16,049 nucleotides of DNA from Myxococcales bacterium. GTDB lineage: Bacteria > Myxococcota_A > UBA9042. The notes below the pieces were generated by a model. The model made no database searches and was not told the DNA's origin. It was given only the letters and a program-made list of their open reading frames with translations. Below, one piece after another: positions 1 to 7,942 of the stretch. The translations under genes were made by a program, and so were the position numbers. The stretch's first letter is position 1. Every line of letters begins with the position of its first letter. The stretch spans positions 1-16,049 of the forward strand of contig JBBISH010000135.1 of the NCBI GenBank assembly GCA_037441385.1. The letters run 5' to 3'.

Positions 1-696
1 GGCTACACGGGCGACGGCAAGACCTGCTCCGACTTCAACGAGTGCTTGACCAACAACGGCGGCTGCGACGCCAACGCCAACTGCACCAACTCGCCGGGAT
101 CGTTCAGCTGCGCCTGCAAGACCGGCCTCAGCGGCGACGGCAAGACTTGCACGCCCGACGGCTGCGCCGACGGCACCCGCGAAGGCTTTGTCGCCGCCTC
201 GACCTACCCCAATATCGCTGGCTGTTCGGGCGGTTGGACGGTGGCTGGCCTCTTGCCCACCACCGTGGCCAAGTGCAGCTTGGGCGGCGGCAACAGCGGC
301 AGCAACCCCAACGGCACGGGCTGCAGCGCGGCCGACTTGTGCCAGACCGGCTGGCACATTTGCGCCACCGCCCTACAGGTCAAGAATGCATCGCCCACCG
401 GCACTTGCACGGGTGTCACGGCCGCGGGGTCGGCCTCGCTGTTCTTTGCGACCTTGCAGAGCGGCCCCGGCAGCGGCACCTGTGGCACCGGCAGCAACGA
501 CCTTTTCGGCTGCGGCAATTTGGGCGCGGCCCCCGACGCCAACACCTGCGCGCCGCTCAACGCGTTCAGCAACAACGTGTGCGGTTCGCTGGGCGCGCCG
601 TGGTCGTGCCCGACCAACAACGGCGGCTTTGACGAAGCCATCAATGTGGTCAAGCCCGGTCCGCTGCTAGGCGGCGTGCTGTGCTGCCGCAACTAG
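1..696 (+). CDS. C-terminal part of a Cys-rich protein with calcium-binding EGF-like repeats and a Cys-rich C-terminal domain (5' end outside window)
   Basis: Frame open from base 1: [50 protein letters not shown] matches the Ca-EGF consensus DxNEC...CxNxxGSFxC. It continues into a Cys/Gly-rich domain ending [11 protein letters not shown] at 694-696. Confidence 0.85.
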   Translation, partial: GYTGDGKTCSDFNECLTNNGGCDANANCTNSPGSFSCACKTGLSGDGKTCTPDGCADGTREGFVAASTYPNIAGCSGGWTVAGLLPTTVAKCSLGGGNSGSNPNGTGCSAADLCQTGWHICATALQVKNASPTGTCTGVTAAGSASLFFATLQSGPGSGTCGTGSNDLFGCGNLGAAPDANTCAPLNAFSNNVCGSLGAPWSCPTNNGGFDEAINVVKPGPLLGGVLCCRN

Positions 697-799
697 AAAC
701 CTGCACGAATTCATTCCGTTGGCTGCCACCGCGCCGGCACGCGCCCCGGCCAAGGCGAATGGGGTGGCGCTGCCGGACGGCCATCGACCAAAGGGTTTC

Positions 800-2866
800 A
801 TGAATACGTATGTGAGGATTACAGCTTCGGTTTTGGTCCTGGCGACCGCACAGGCCGGGTATGCCGACGAGGGCATGTGGACCTTTGACAATTTCCCCAA
901 AGAAGCCGTCAAGAAGGCCTATGGCTTTGAGGCGAGTCCGGCCTGGCTGGACCGGGTGCGGTTGGGCTCGGCGCGCATTGCCGGCGGCTGCTCGGCCAGC
1001 TTTGTGTCGGCCGATGGCTTGGTGATGACCAATCACCACTGCGCGCATTCGTGCATTCAGCAGCTGTCGACCAAGGACAAGGACATGGTGAAGTCGGGCT
1101 TCTACGCCGCGACCACCGCGGCCGAGGTGCGGTGCCCAGAGCTGGAGATCAATCAGCTGGCGGCCATATCCGATGTGACTGCGCAGATCAATGCGGCCAC
1201 CAAGGGTAAAGAGGGCGCGGCCTACGCCGAGGCGCAGAAAGCGGCCGTCGCACGGCTGGAAAAGGAGTGCCAGACCACCGATGCCCTGCGCTGCGATGTG
1301 GTCAGCCTGTATGGCGGCGGGCAGTACCACCTGTACCGCTACCAGCGCTTCCAAGACGTGCGCCTGGTCTTTGCGCCCGAGCTGGCGATCGCGTTCTTTG
1401 GCGGGGATCCCGACAACTTCATGTTCCCGCGCTACGACCTGGACGTTTCGTTCCTGCGGGTGTACCAGGGCGACAAGCCTGCGAAACTGGAGCACTACTT
1501 CAAATGGTCGGCGGCCGGCGCCAAAGAGGGCGAACTGACCTTTGTCTCGGGGCATCCCGGCGGAACCGACCGGCAGTTGACCGCGGCCGAGCTGGAGTAC
1601 GAGCGCGACGTGGCGCTGCCCGAGCGGCTGCTGACGCTGGCGCAGCTGCGCGGCCTGCTGACGCAGTATCAGGAACGCGGTGCGGAAGAGCGGCGGATCG
1701 CCACCCACGATTTGTTTGGCGTAGAGAACGGTTACAAGGCCTTGCGCGGTCGCTGGTCAGCGCTGCTGGACAAAGCGTTCTTTGCCAGCAAGGTGGCCGA
1801 AGACGAGGCGCTGCGGGCGCAAGTGGCCAAGGACCCGGCGCGGCAGCAAAAGTATGGCGCGGCCTGGGAGCAGATGGCCAAGGCGGTGGCCGAGCAGAAG
1901 AAGTTCAGGCTGCAGCTGCGCTACATCGCGTCGGGTGCTGGATTCTCGAGCAAGTTGTTCGCGCACGCCCGCACGTTGGTGCAGGGGACCGAAGAGCTGA
2001 CGCGACCCAATGACAAGCGCTTTGAGGAGTTTCGCGACACTGACTTGCCGCAGCTGTTGCAGCGCCTGTTCAGCAAGGCGCCCATCTACCCGGCGCTAGA
2101 GGTCGAAAAGCTGACCTTCAGCTTGACCAAGCTGCGCGAAGAACTGGGCGCGGACGATCCCTTTGTCAAGAAGGTGTTGGGGAGCGAGTCGCCGCGCGAG
2201 CTAGCCACGCGCCTGGTCCAGGGCAGCAAACTGGCCGATCCCGAGCTGCGCAAGAAGCTTTGGCAGGGCGGCAAGGCGGCGGTGGCCGCGGACCACGACC
2301 CCATGCTCGAACTGGCCCGGCTGATCGACGCGGACAGTCGCCAATGGCGCAAAAAGTGGGAGGAAGACATCGAGCCTGCGCAAAAGAAGGCGGGCGAGCT
2401 GATGGCCAAGGCGCGCTTTGAAGTGCTGGGCACCAGCCACTACCCCGACGCGACCTCGACGCTGCGCTTGTCGTATGGCTCGGTGGTGGGATACGAAGAG
2501 AATGGTAAGAAGATCAAACCCTTTACTACCTTTGCTGGCGCGTTCGAGCGCGAGACGGGCCGCGACCCCTTTGCGTTGCCCGCCACCTGGTTGAAGGCCA
2601 AGGCCAACCTGGATCTGAGCACACCGTTCAACTTCTGCACCAGCAACGACATCATCGGCGGCAACTCGGGCTCGCCGGTGATCAACAAGAATGCCGAGAT
2701 CGTGGGCCTTATCTTTGACGGCAATTTGCAGTCCTTGGGCGGCGAGTATGGCTTTGACGCCAGCGTGAACCGCGCGGTGGCCGTGCACAGCCAGGCGCTG
2801 CTGGTGGCCCTGGACAAGATCTATGGGGCGCAGCGGCTGGTCGCCGAGCTCCGACCGGTCAAGTAG
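800..2866 (+). CDS. S46 family dipeptidyl peptidase (DPP7/DPP11/DAP BII-like), secreted
   Basis: Signal peptide ending AGYA, then DEGMW; SASFVSxxGLxxTNHHC (catalytic His); DNFMFPRYDLD; DIIGGNSGSPV (catalytic Ser); GLIFDGN. ATG at 800 preferred over TTG at 719 because it puts the signal peptide at the N-terminus. Confidence 0.93.
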   Translation: MNTYVRITASVLVLATAQAGYADEGMWTFDNFPKEAVKKAYGFEASPAWLDRVRLGSARIAGGCSASFVSADGLVMTNHHCAHSCIQQLSTKDKDMVKSGFYAATTAAEVRCPELEINQLAAISDVTAQINAATKGKEGAAYAEAQKAAVARLEKECQTTDALRCDVVSLYGGGQYHLYRYQRFQDVRLVFAPELAIAFFGGDPDNFMFPRYDLDVSFLRVYQGDKPAKLEHYFKWSAAGAKEGELTFVSGHPGGTDRQLTAAELEYERDVALPERLLTLAQLRGLLTQYQERGAEERRIATHDLFGVENGYKALRGRWSALLDKAFFASKVAEDEALRAQVAKDPARQQKYGAAWEQMAKAVAEQKKFRLQLRYIASGAGFSSKLFAHARTLVQGTEELTRPNDKRFEEFRDTDLPQLLQRLFSKAPIYPALEVEKLTFSLTKLREELGADDPFVKKVLGSESPRELATRLVQGSKLADPELRKKLWQGGKAAVAADHDPMLELARLIDADSRQWRKKWEEDIEPAQKKAGELMAKARFEVLGTSHYPDATSTLRLSYGSVVGYEENGKKIKPFTTFAGAFERETGRDPFALPATWLKAKANLDLSTPFNFCTSNDIIGGNSGSPVINKNAEIVGLIFDGNLQSLGGEYGFDASVNRAVAVHSQALLVALDKIYGAQRLVAELRPVK

Positions 2867-3001
2867 GGCATTCTTCAAGCCGTGGGCCACGCTTGGGTGC
2901 GCCGCTTGCTGGGGTGGCAGACGCCGGGGTAGCATGGCCGCAGGCTGGAACCGCCATCGTGGCCGGCCCGGCGCCCTGCACTCTGACCCCGGGATAGGCC
3001 C

Positions 3002-4057
3002 ATGAAGTCCCTGCAAAGCTTGGCGAAATGGCTGACGCGGCCCCAGCGCAGGGCGGCCATGCCGTTGCTGCTCGCGACGCTGGCGTGCCAGCCGCGGCCG
3101 CCCAGCGAGCAACCCAAGCAAGAAGCTGCCGAGGCCGCCGGGCCCGCGGCCAATGCGGAACCGGCCACCGCCGCCGTGGCCCCGGCCGTTGCTGCGACCG
3201 CTGCGGGCCTGCCCCACGAACCCACGCCGATTGCCACGCCGGTCCCGCCGCCGCCCGCGCCGGTGGTGCCGCCCCCGCCTGTCAAAGCCAAGATGGTGGT
3301 GCTGGTGAGCGATACGGCCCCCGAGTCGGGCGGTCGGCAACTGCTATCGGGCTATGAACGCTTGGGCAAGTCCAAGAATCGCGAGCTCGTCGAGGTCAAC
3401 ACGGACCATAACGCGGTGGAATTCCCCAGCTCGCTCACGGCAGCCCAGATCCGCGGCGCCAAGGTGGGCAAGGGCGAAGGCGCGGGACTGGCGCGCGCGT
3501 TGCAGCTCGACTTCACCATGGTCGATCAGCACACGCCCTTTGCCGGTTGCGGCACCAAGACGGCCTGCGGTTGCGAAGACATCAAGCCCTACTCGTACAT
3601 CAGTTTGTCGCACGCGCTGCCGCCCGAGGCGCATGCCAGTGACTTCAAGTGGCTGTCGCTGTGGGCACGCAGTCAAGAGCCCTACGATCTGCACCTGATT
3701 TTGAGCTGTTTCGTGGAGCCGCGGCCGATGGACACCGTGCCGCCGAACAACGGCTACCTGGACGCCGCGCATACCCAGATGGACCCGTGCTGGCACTCGC
3801 CGCGGGTGGAGCTGCCGCTGTCGGACCCGATTGCCATCCGCGGCGACAACCAGTGGCACCGCTACCAGGTGCGCATCGCCGACCTGCCGCCCAGCGAGCC
3901 CGTGACTCTGACCGGCGGGGCGCAAATGGTCTGCACGTTGGAGAAGGTGACGCACGTGGTGTACGTGCTGAAAAAGAATCACCCGGCCCTGCCTGGCGAA
4001 TATCCCAAGGATCAAGGCTCGGTGTACTTTGACAACTTGGAAGGCCTGATCGAATAG
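3002..4057 (+). CDS. Putative lipoprotein with an Ala/Pro-rich linker and a C-terminal CBM11/CIA30-like (galactose-binding-like) domain
   Basis: Lipobox-like LLLATLAC, Pro/Ala linker, then motifs FKWLSLWARS, WHRYQVRIADL and GSVYFDNL typical of galactose-binding-like beta-sandwiches. Alternative start at 3059. Fold call is by motif resemblance only. Confidence 0.65.
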   Translation: MKSLQSLAKWLTRPQRRAAMPLLLATLACQPRPPSEQPKQEAAEAAGPAANAEPATAAVAPAVAATAAGLPHEPTPIATPVPPPPAPVVPPPPVKAKMVVLVSDTAPESGGRQLLSGYERLGKSKNRELVEVNTDHNAVEFPSSLTAAQIRGAKVGKGEGAGLARALQLDFTMVDQHTPFAGCGTKTACGCEDIKPYSYISLSHALPPEAHASDFKWLSLWARSQEPYDLHLILSCFVEPRPMDTVPPNNGYLDAAHTQMDPCWHSPRVELPLSDPIAIRGDNQWHRYQVRIADLPPSEPVTLTGGAQMVCTLEKVTHVVYVLKKNHPALPGEYPKDQGSVYFDNLEGLIE

Positions 4058-4154
4058 CGGCACCCACTGCTCGCCGTGAACGTGCATGACCCGCAGGTGA
4101 CGCGCCGCGCTCGCGACCAACCGTAGTTCCTTTGCGCCCATGCTACTTTGTGTC

Positions 4155-4210
4155 GCGTGTCATCCGCGGTTCAGTTCGCCCTGGATCGCGGGTTGCACCG
4201 CGGAGCACGC
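4155..4210 (+). promoter_or_regulatory. Long stem-loop covering the ribosome-binding site of the sensor kinase
   Basis: GCGTGT pairs with GCACGC, TCCGCGGT with ACCGCGGA, and CAGTTCGC with GCGGGTTG (with G-U pairs). GGAG at 4202-4205 lies in the 3' arm and ATG 4211 follows immediately. Confidence 0.35.
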
Positions 4211-6529
4211 ATGGCGACAGCGGAATTCGGTCCGCGCCCGTGGCAGTCCAGCCTGTACGCCCGGGCCGCGCTATTCCTGGCCTTGGGCGCTGCCAGCTTT
4301 GTCGGCGCGATCGTGGTCTTGTCCGGCGCCACCGTGGAAGAAAGCGTCGACCGCTTGCTGAGTGAGCGCTTGGAGCTGGCGCGCACGGTGGGCGCTTTTG
4401 TGGAAGCCCGGCTTTTGGGCGACCTGGACCGCCTGTGCGGGGTGGCCGCCAGTCCCACAGCATCGGCAGAAACCCTTGCAACTGCACTGGCTTCTGAGCG
4501 AGCCGCCGGTGGCTACAACTTGGGTGCCGTGGCATTGGACCCGCGCGGCGAACCCGTGGCCGAACTGCCGCCGCCTAGCGGCGTGCCGCTCCGCGATTTT
4601 CGGTTGCGCATGCTGGCGGCCAAGGCCAGTCACCAACCGCGTGGGCGGGCGGTGTCGCAGGTGCTGCTGGTCGGCGAGCCGCCGCGGCCGGCGTTGGCAG
4701 TCGTGCGCAAGCTGGATGCGCCGTCGGGTTCGGTCCATTTTGTGGCCGGCCTGCTGTCCTTGGACCGCGGCGACGTGTTGGGTCCGCTGCTGCGCGACCA
4801 TGCCAAGCCGGACACGGTCATCGATCTGGTGGATAGTCATGGAGTTGTGGCCGCCAGTACGGCGCCGGGCCGACTCGCGCTCCCCGGGGACCACGGCGAC
4901 GTGTTGGCGCGGGCCATTGCCGAGCAGCGGGGCCTGCGCGGTCGCTGCCACGGCTGCCACGGCGACCCCCGCGCTGTGACCCAGGCTCGCGTGCAAAATG
5001 TGTTGGCGTTTTCGTCGCTTCCCACGCTTGCCCTGGGCATCGCGGTGCTGCAGCCCGAGCGCGATGCTCTGGCGCCGGCGTTTGCCCTGCAGCGGCGGCT
5101 GTTGGGGCTGGGGGCGTCGTTTGTCGCTCTTTTCCTGATCTTTGCGGGTCTGTCCGTGCGAAGCGTGGTCGATCCGGTCAAGCGCCTGACCCGGGCCATG
5201 CGGCAGCTGGACAGCGACGGCAGCCAGGTCAGCCTGCCGACGCTGGGGCGCGACGAAGTGGGGGAGCTTGCGTCGACCTTGGCGCGCTGGCACACCAGGA
5301 TGCGCGAGTCCTTGCAGCGCGCCGAAGAAAGTCAAGCCGCGCTGCATGCCGAGATGGAGAGCACCCGGCAAATTCTGCAGGCACTGGAGGCGATTGCGGG
5401 GCTGTATACGGCGGGTTTGGAGCTGCCTGGCATCGTCGACCGGGCGTTGGCCAGCTTGCGCGACGTGCTGGGCTACCCCTGTGGCGGGCTGCAACTGCGG
5501 CTGGCGGCCACCACGGCGCGGGCCTTGCATGGGGTGGAACCGGAGCAGTGGGAGGAACTGGTGCAGGGGCCGCTGGCCCAATTGCCGGCCGGGCCGCCGG
5601 AGCGAGCGTCCGAGCCGCGCTTTGATTCCACGGGCACCCTGTTGGTGCTTCCCCTGGACTATCAGGTCACTACGCGGTTTGGGGTGGTTGGCCGGCACAG
5701 CGTCCCTGGCGGCGTGTCGGTCGAGTTCGCGCTGCTGGGCCGCGCGCAGGCGGCGGCCAGTCAGAACCGCTGGCTGGCCAGCTTGGTCCACCACATCGGG
5801 ATCGCGGCGACCACGCGGATCCTGCATGACCGCGAGGCGCAGCACACTCGACAGCAAGAGCGCTTGCTGCATCAGGTGTTGCGTGCCCAAGAAGACGAGC
5901 GTCGGCGCATCGCCCGCGACCTGCACGACACGGTGGCCCAGGATTTGGCGGCGCTGCGCCTGCAGCTCGAGCGCCTGACCCTGCGCGCCGACGCCGAGCC
6001 GCTGCGGCAAGCGCTGACCGGCGTGGAACAGCACACGGCCAAGGTGCTGGCGGCAGTGCGGCGCACCCTGTTCGATTTGCGGCTGACCGTGTTGGAAAAT
6101 GTGGGCTTTGTGGCCACGTTGCAGTCGATGCTGGAACGGCTGGAGCGCGATCACGGCGTGCGCGGGCTGTTGGCCGTCCACGGCGCCGAACGCGAGCCCC
6201 CCTACGAAATGGCGGTGGCACTGGTGCGCATCACCCAAGAAGCGCTGCAAAACGTAGTGTTGCATGCCAAGGCCCACTTCGTGTCGTTGACGGTGACGTT
6301 CCGGCCGACGGCGGTGGAGCTGCTGGTCGAGGACGACGGCGAAGGCTTTGATGTGTCGGCCGTGCAGCCTGCGAGCGGCCACGGGTTTGGCACGTTGGGC
6401 ATGCTGGAGCGCGCGCGCCTGGTGGGCGGCGAGCTGCAAGTCGAGTCGACGCCTGGCGAAGGGACCAGCGTCAGCGTCCGCGTCCCGCTTTGGTCTGGCG
6501 AAACCGATACGTCCAAGGAGTTGTCGTGA
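4211..6529 (+). CDS. Membrane sensor histidine kinase (TM - Cache-like periplasmic domain with CxxCH - TM - HAMP - HisKA_3 - HATPase_c)
   Basis: GGAG before ATG 4211; two hydrophobic segments; HAMP (DPVKRLTRAM...GRDEVGELA); H-box QEDERRRIARDLHDTVAQ; N-box QEALQNVVLHA; EDDGEGF, GFGTLGMLERA, GEGT. CHGCH at 4946-4960 lies between the TM segments. Confidence 0.92.
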   Translation: MATAEFGPRPWQSSLYARAALFLALGAASFVGAIVVLSGATVEESVDRLLSERLELARTVGAFVEARLLGDLDRLCGVAASPTASAETLATALASERAAGGYNLGAVALDPRGEPVAELPPPSGVPLRDFRLRMLAAKASHQPRGRAVSQVLLVGEPPRPALAVVRKLDAPSGSVHFVAGLLSLDRGDVLGPLLRDHAKPDTVIDLVDSHGVVAASTAPGRLALPGDHGDVLARAIAEQRGLRGRCHGCHGDPRAVTQARVQNVLAFSSLPTLALGIAVLQPERDALAPAFALQRRLLGLGASFVALFLIFAGLSVRSVVDPVKRLTRAMRQLDSDGSQVSLPTLGRDEVGELASTLARWHTRMRESLQRAEESQAALHAEMESTRQILQALEAIAGLYTAGLELPGIVDRALASLRDVLGYPCGGLQLRLAATTARALHGVEPEQWEELVQGPLAQLPAGPPERASEPRFDSTGTLLVLPLDYQVTTRFGVVGRHSVPGGVSVEFALLGRAQAAASQNRWLASLVHHIGIAATTRILHDREAQHTRQQERLLHQVLRAQEDERRRIARDLHDTVAQDLAALRLQLERLTLRADAEPLRQALTGVEQHTAKVLAAVRRTLFDLRLTVLENVGFVATLQSMLERLERDHGVRGLLAVHGAEREPPYEMAVALVRITQEALQNVVLHAKAHFVSLTVTFRPTAVELLVEDDGEGFDVSAVQPASGHGFGTLGMLERARLVGGELQVESTPGEGTSVSVRVPLWSGETDTSKELS

Positions 6530-6663
6530 TACGAAATCCGTCTGGATCGGCGCGAAAGACGTCGGCAATTCTTCGCAGTCCGAATCGGGGTCCGCACCCG
6601 ATTCTCGCTGGTTGCAGAGCGGGCCAAGGAAACCGCGCAGGCGTGAATCAGGTGGGGTGAACA
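6530..6663 (+). mobile_element. Double-hairpin repeat element (MITE-like), copy 1, 134 bp, flanked by TGA direct repeats
   Basis: Aligns with the reverse complement of 9561-9692 (about 99/134 identities by hand). TGA at 6527-6529 and 6664-6666. Removing the element plus one TGA restores AAGGAG-N5-GTGACTACTCGC. Confidence 0.75.
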
Positions 6664-7319
6664 TGACTACTCGCATCGTGCTGGCCGACGATCACACCGT
6701 ACTGCGCGTGGGCTTGCGCGCCTGGCTGGAAGAGCAGGGTGGGCAGTTCCAGGTGGTGGGCGAAGCGGCCGACGGCGAGCAAGCCATTGCGCTGGTGGAA
6801 CAATTGCGCCCACAGCTGCTCATCCTGGACTTGTCGATGACCGGACTAGGGGGCCTGGAGACCACCTTGGAATTGCGCCATCGCGGCAATCGGGTGCCGA
6901 TCTTGGTGCTCACGCAGTACTCGGAACCCGCTGTGTTGCGTAGGGTCTTGGAGGCGGGGGTCAACGGCTATGTGCTCAAATCGGCGCGCGGGGACGACCT
7001 GCTCTCGGCCGTGCGCGCGGTGGCGGGCGGTGGGACCTGGCTGGATCCGGCGGTGGCGGGCGCGCTGGTCAACCGGGCGCTGGGCCGCGACGAGCCGACG
7101 AGCGACGAAGAAGTGTTCGAGCACCTGACGCCCCGCGAGCGGCAAGTGCTGAAGCTGGTGGCCGAAGGGCTGTCGAACAAAGAGATCGCAGCGGCGATGG
7201 ACGTCGCGGTCAAGACGGTGATGGCCCACCGCGCCAACCTGATGGACAAGCTGAACATCCACAATCACTCCAAGTTGGTGCAACTGGCGATTCGGTTGGG
7301 GCTGGTGCAAGTCGAATAG
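6663..7319 (+). CDS. NarL/FixJ family response regulator (REC + LuxR-type HTH)
   Basis: RIVLADDH, LLILDLSM (phospho-Asp), VLT, GYVLK; HTH region LTPRERQVLKLVAEGLSNKEIAAAMDVAVKTVMAHRANLMDKL. Directly follows a HisKA_3 kinase. Confidence 0.95.
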   Translation: MTTRIVLADDHTVLRVGLRAWLEEQGGQFQVVGEAADGEQAIALVEQLRPQLLILDLSMTGLGGLETTLELRHRGNRVPILVLTQYSEPAVLRRVLEAGVNGYVLKSARGDDLLSAVRAVAGGGTWLDPAVAGALVNRALGRDEPTSDEEVFEHLTPRERQVLKLVAEGLSNKEIAAAMDVAVKTVMAHRANLMDKLNIHNHSKLVQLAIRLGLVQVE

Positions 7320-7493
7320 CGCCGTGGCGACCCGCACTGGAGGGGCACGGTCCGGCCTATGGACAAGTCCGGCGCCGCGGCCCAAATTGGCGCAAACTAG
7401 CCGCTCTAGAGACGCGACCGATTACTGTCCATTTGTTCGGTAGTTGCCCCTTCTGACCGCGTCGCTAGCCCCAAGCAGGGCGCAAGCGCGCGC

Positions 7494-7724
7494 CTACAGG
7501 CCCGACGCCTGGAGCTTGCCGGCGATGGTGCCGTTTGCGGCGAATGGCGCCACCGACTGTACGCGGATCCAGCCTTGGGCGCCCGCGCCGCCGCCCTTGC
7601 CGGCGTTGCCGCCTCCTCCTTCTTGGCCGCCAGAGGAGCCGCCGCCCAAACCGGTGGCGCCGGACCCGCCCGAGCTGAAGACCGAGCCCGCCGCGCCGCC
7701 CAGGCCGCCCTTGGCCAACAAACT
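7494..7724 (-). pseudogene. Orphan 3' fragment of a Gly-rich protein gene
   Basis: LLAKGGLGGAAGSVFSSGGSGATGLGGGSSGGQEGGGGNAGKGGGAGAQGWIRVQSVAPFAANGTIAGKLQASGL* looks coding (GGC-rich), has no RBS or credible start, and begins at the edge of the TIR element at 7726. Confidence 0.5.
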
Positions 7725-7761
7725 TCCTGCCTTACCGGATGCCGACAGCGGTCACGGTTCG

Positions 7762-7918
7762 GCCCCCTCACCCGGCCGGCGTTGCCGTCCACCCCCTCCC
7801 GCCCTGGAGACTGTTGCAAAGGTATGTTCGCAGAATTCTGACGCCAATACATTCAATCGGTTGCACGGCGAAAGCACCCGAATTCGACCCTTATGCAACA
7901 ACCTCCCTGGGGAGAGGG
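7762..7918 (+). repeat. REP-like palindromic unit A (CCCCTCACCC...CCTCCC/GGGAGAGGG type), interrupted by a MITE
   Basis: GCCCCCTCACCC at 7762. With 7807-7909 removed it reads CCCCCTCCCGCCCTGGGGAGAGGG, the hairpin of this common extragenic repeat type. Confidence 0.6.
7807..7905. mobile_element. 99 bp MITE with GAGRYTGTTGCA termini and a 4 bp CCTG target-site duplication
   Basis: Left end GAGACTGTTGCAAAGG; right end reverse complement GAGGTTGTTGCATAAGG; CCTG at 7803-7806 and 7906-7909. Interior is visibly more AT-rich than the flanks. Confidence 0.75.
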
Positions 7919-7922
7919 TTTG

Positions 7923-7938
7923 TATTGATAAATCAATA
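7923..7938. promoter_or_regulatory. AT-rich palindrome TATTGAT-AA-ATCAATA between the two REP-like units
   Basis: Perfect 7 bp arms with a 2 bp spacer; function unknown. Confidence 0.3.
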
Positions 7939-7942
7939 GTTG

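Noticed and set aside
6348..6662. 105 aa N-terminal extension of the response regulator in the ORF track
   Set aside because: It overlaps the kinase 3' end and the repeat element; the REC domain starts at ATG 6663.
6530..6663. Known riboswitch (c-di-GMP-I, cobalamin) as the identity of the repeat
   Set aside because: I could not place the diagnostic conserved motifs; terminal repeats, the TGA duplication and a restorable empty site fit an insertion better. An Rfam search is still needed.
4271..6676. 801 aa antisense ORF (also 650-1708, 2201-3340, 10275-11210, 14181-15401 and similar)
   Set aside because: Shadow ORFs opposite well-supported genes, expected in GC-rich DNA; no recognisable motifs.
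7925..7936. FNR box (TTGAT...ATCAA)
   Set aside because: Spacer is 2 bp, not the 4 bp of TTGAT-N4-ATCAA.
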